From Gammaproteobacteria bacterium (GTDB lineage Bacteria > Pseudomonadota > Gammaproteobacteria > S012-40), in contig WFPC01000025.1 of the NCBI GenBank assembly GCA_015487785.1, forward strand, positions 6,654 through 70,653: 64,000 nt of DNA. Reading direction: 5' to 3'. Below are positions 62,308 to 64,000 of the stretch, in pieces (within the stretch, counting starts at the first letter, position 1; each line of letters starts with the position of its first letter). The notes under the pieces are model-generated. The model was given only the letters and a program-made list of their open reading frames with translations, searched no databases and was not told where the DNA came from. A program made the position numbers and the translations under genes.

Positions 62308-62403
62308 AGGACGTGGGAGCGGTGAATAGGCACGTGATGTCTATATCCGCTATGTCAATTCTGCGCCGGATCTCCCATGTCCGGCCCATGGGGAGAAGCA
62401 ATT

Positions 62404-63894
62404 ATGCCTCAGATTATCAACACGAATTTAATGTCATTGAATTCACAACGGAACCTGAACCGTTCCCAGAGCACCCTGAGTACGTCGCTGCAGCGTCTGT
62501 CATCCGGTCTGCGGATCAACAGCGCCAAGGACGACGCCGCGGGGCTGGCCATCTCCGAGCGGTTCACGTCTCAGATCCGGGGCCTGACCATGGCCTCGCG
62601 CAACGCCAACGATGGTATTTCCATGGCCCAGGTGGCCGAGGGTGCCCTGGCCGAGGTGGGCAATATCCTGCAACGGATTCGCGAGCTGGCGGTGCAGTCG
62701 GCCAATGCCACCAACTCGGCCTCGGACCGTCAGGCCCTGCAGGCTGAAGTGTCCCAGCTCACTGCGGAACTGAACCGTATCGCCAAGACCACCGAGTTCA
62801 ACGGCACCAAGCTGCTCGATGGCAGCAATGCCACCTCTCTGTTCCAGGTGGGCGCCAATGCCAACGAGACCATCGTGGCCACCACCAACAACTTCAAGAC
62901 CAGCCAGTTTGGCGACTACCGGGTGACCGGTCGCGCCACCGAAGCCTTTGCGGGCACCAACGGACGCTATGATGCCACCACCGCGGCCTATGATTTCCGC
63001 ATCGTGGGCTCCGAGGGCTCGGCGTCCATCAACATCAGTGCCGGTGACAGCGCCAAGGACGTGGCCGCGGCGGTCAACCTGGTCAAGGACAGCACGGGTG
63101 TGACCGCCACCGCGACGACCGAGGTCACCCTGACTTTCGCCGCCGCGGGCTCCTATCAGCTGACCCTGGGCTCCGATCAGGGTACAAGTACCGCTGATGC
63201 CGTCACCCTGGGTTTCTCGATCAGCGCCAACACCGGTGTCGAGGCCTTGTCCGCGGCGGTGAATGCCTTCAATGACCAGACCGCCACCACTGGCGTGGTG
63301 GCCACGGTGAAGGACGATGGCTCCGGCATCACCCTGACCAACTATGAGGGTGAGGAGATCGTGGTGCGTGACACCACCTTCCAGAACAGTGGCAACGTCA
63401 CCGTGACCGGTGGCGCGGGTTCTGCCCAGACCCTCACCGCCAATACAGCGGCCGACACGGTCACGGTGACCGGCAAGGTGGTGTTCGACTCCACCAAGAG
63501 TTTCACCATCGACAGTACCACGGGCACGGCGACCCTGGTGTTGACCGCCACCAGCGGCGGTTCCGAGGCTTCGTCACTGCAGGCGGTGAAGGATCTGGAC
63601 ATCAGCTCGGTGGCCGGCGCCAACGATGCCCTGGTGATCGTGGATGCGGCCATTGCCCAGGTGAGCAACCAGCGGGCCAAGTTCGGGGCCCTGCAGAGCC
63701 GCTTCGAGGCCACGGTGCGTAACCTGGAGACCAGCGTGGAAAACCTCAGCGGAGCGCGGTCACGGATCAGGGACGCCGATTTCGCGGTGGAGACCTCGGA
63801 GCTGACACGTTCGCAGATCCTGCAACAGGCCGGTACGGCGATGTTGGCCCAGGCCAACTCCATACCGCAGAACGTCCTCAGTCTCTTGGGGTAG
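62404..63894 (+). CDS. fliC: Flagellin 2
   Basis: Same conserved flagellin termini; MPQIINTN start after a GGGAG RBS. Confidence 0.97.
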   Translation: MPQIINTNLMSLNSQRNLNRSQSTLSTSLQRLSSGLRINSAKDDAAGLAISERFTSQIRGLTMASRNANDGISMAQVAEGALAEVGNILQRIRELAVQSANATNSASDRQALQAEVSQLTAELNRIAKTTEFNGTKLLDGSNATSLFQVGANANETIVATTNNFKTSQFGDYRVTGRATEAFAGTNGRYDATTAAYDFRIVGSEGSASINISAGDSAKDVAAAVNLVKDSTGVTATATTEVTLTFAAAGSYQLTLGSDQGTSTADAVTLGFSISANTGVEALSAAVNAFNDQTATTGVVATVKDDGSGITLTNYEGEEIVVRDTTFQNSGNVTVTGGAGSAQTLTANTAADTVTVTGKVVFDSTKSFTIDSTTGTATLVLTATSGGSEASSLQAVKDLDISSVAGANDALVIVDAAIAQVSNQRAKFGALQSRFEATVRNLETSVENLSGARSRIRDADFAVETSELTRSQILQQAGTAMLAQANSIPQNVLSLLG

Positions 63895-63915
63895 GCCGGC
63901 AATAAGTGAGGCTAT

Positions 63916-63949
63916 AATGGGGGGAACACTGCGAAGGGTTCCCCCCATT
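63916..63949. other. 12-bp inverted repeat downstream of flagellin 2
   Basis: AATGGGGGGAAC-10 nt-GTTCCCCCCATT; no U-tract. Confidence 0.7.
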
Positions 63950-63968
63950 CTGCCAGGAGGATAGCGAC

Positions 63969-64000
63969 ATGCCCGCGGACATCAACAGCAATATCCCGGT
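63969..64000 (+). CDS. 5' end of next gene, probably FlaG (partial)
   Basis: AGGAGG RBS and ATG (MPADINSNIP...). Identity from typical fliC-flaG-fliD order only. Confidence 0.45.
   Translation, partial: MPADINSNIP

Noticed and set aside
62304-62314. CsrA-like site ACAGGACGT near flagellin 2
   Set aside because: It overlaps the sigma28 -10 region and lies upstream of the predicted TSS, so it would not be in that transcript.

Overview
High-GC gammaproteobacterial chromosomal window built around a polar-flagellum system. (1) 1-17.2 kb: fliOPQR-flhBAFG-fliA-cheYZAB-motCD-parA(ParC)/ParP-cheW-DUF2802, in Pseudomonas-like order. (2) 17.2-29.5 kb: housekeeping block with ettA, rnt, pyrC, an alpha/beta-type pyruvate dehydrogenase whose E2 and E3 are fused in one ORF of about 1016 aa, argG and a kinase/AAA protein. 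(3) 29.6-36.6 kb: flgGHI and flgJKL, with no flgF. (4) 36.7-60.3 kb: an approx. 24-kb putative flagellin glycosylation island. It holds a pseudaminic-acid pathway (pseB, pseC, pseF-like, pseG-H fusion, pseI), an amidotransferase/HisH/HisF triad and a methyltransferase. An opposite-strand run of genes encodes a KpsS-like transferase, a DRE-TIM aldolase, an adenylating ligase, a VOC protein, a cyclase-family hydrolase, an ACP, an AAC(3)-fold acyltransferase fused to a degenerate DUF4910 copy, and DUF4910. Two TPR-GT41 (OGT-like) enzymes follow, one fused to methyltransferase-like and sulfotransferase domains. (5) 60.7-64 kb: two tandem flagellins, one behind a sigma54 motif and one behind a sigma28 motif, then a probable flaG start. 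Each transcription unit of the island starts at a GG-N10-GC sigma54 motif, which ties it to the flagellar regulon. The best candidate for an undescribed system is this island: GT41 priming, KpsS-like Pse transfer and ACP-dependent acyl tailoring, with no Maf or FlmG gene in the window. No tRNA, rRNA, CRISPR array or mobile element was seen. All family assignments come from motif recognition by eye; no database searches were run.
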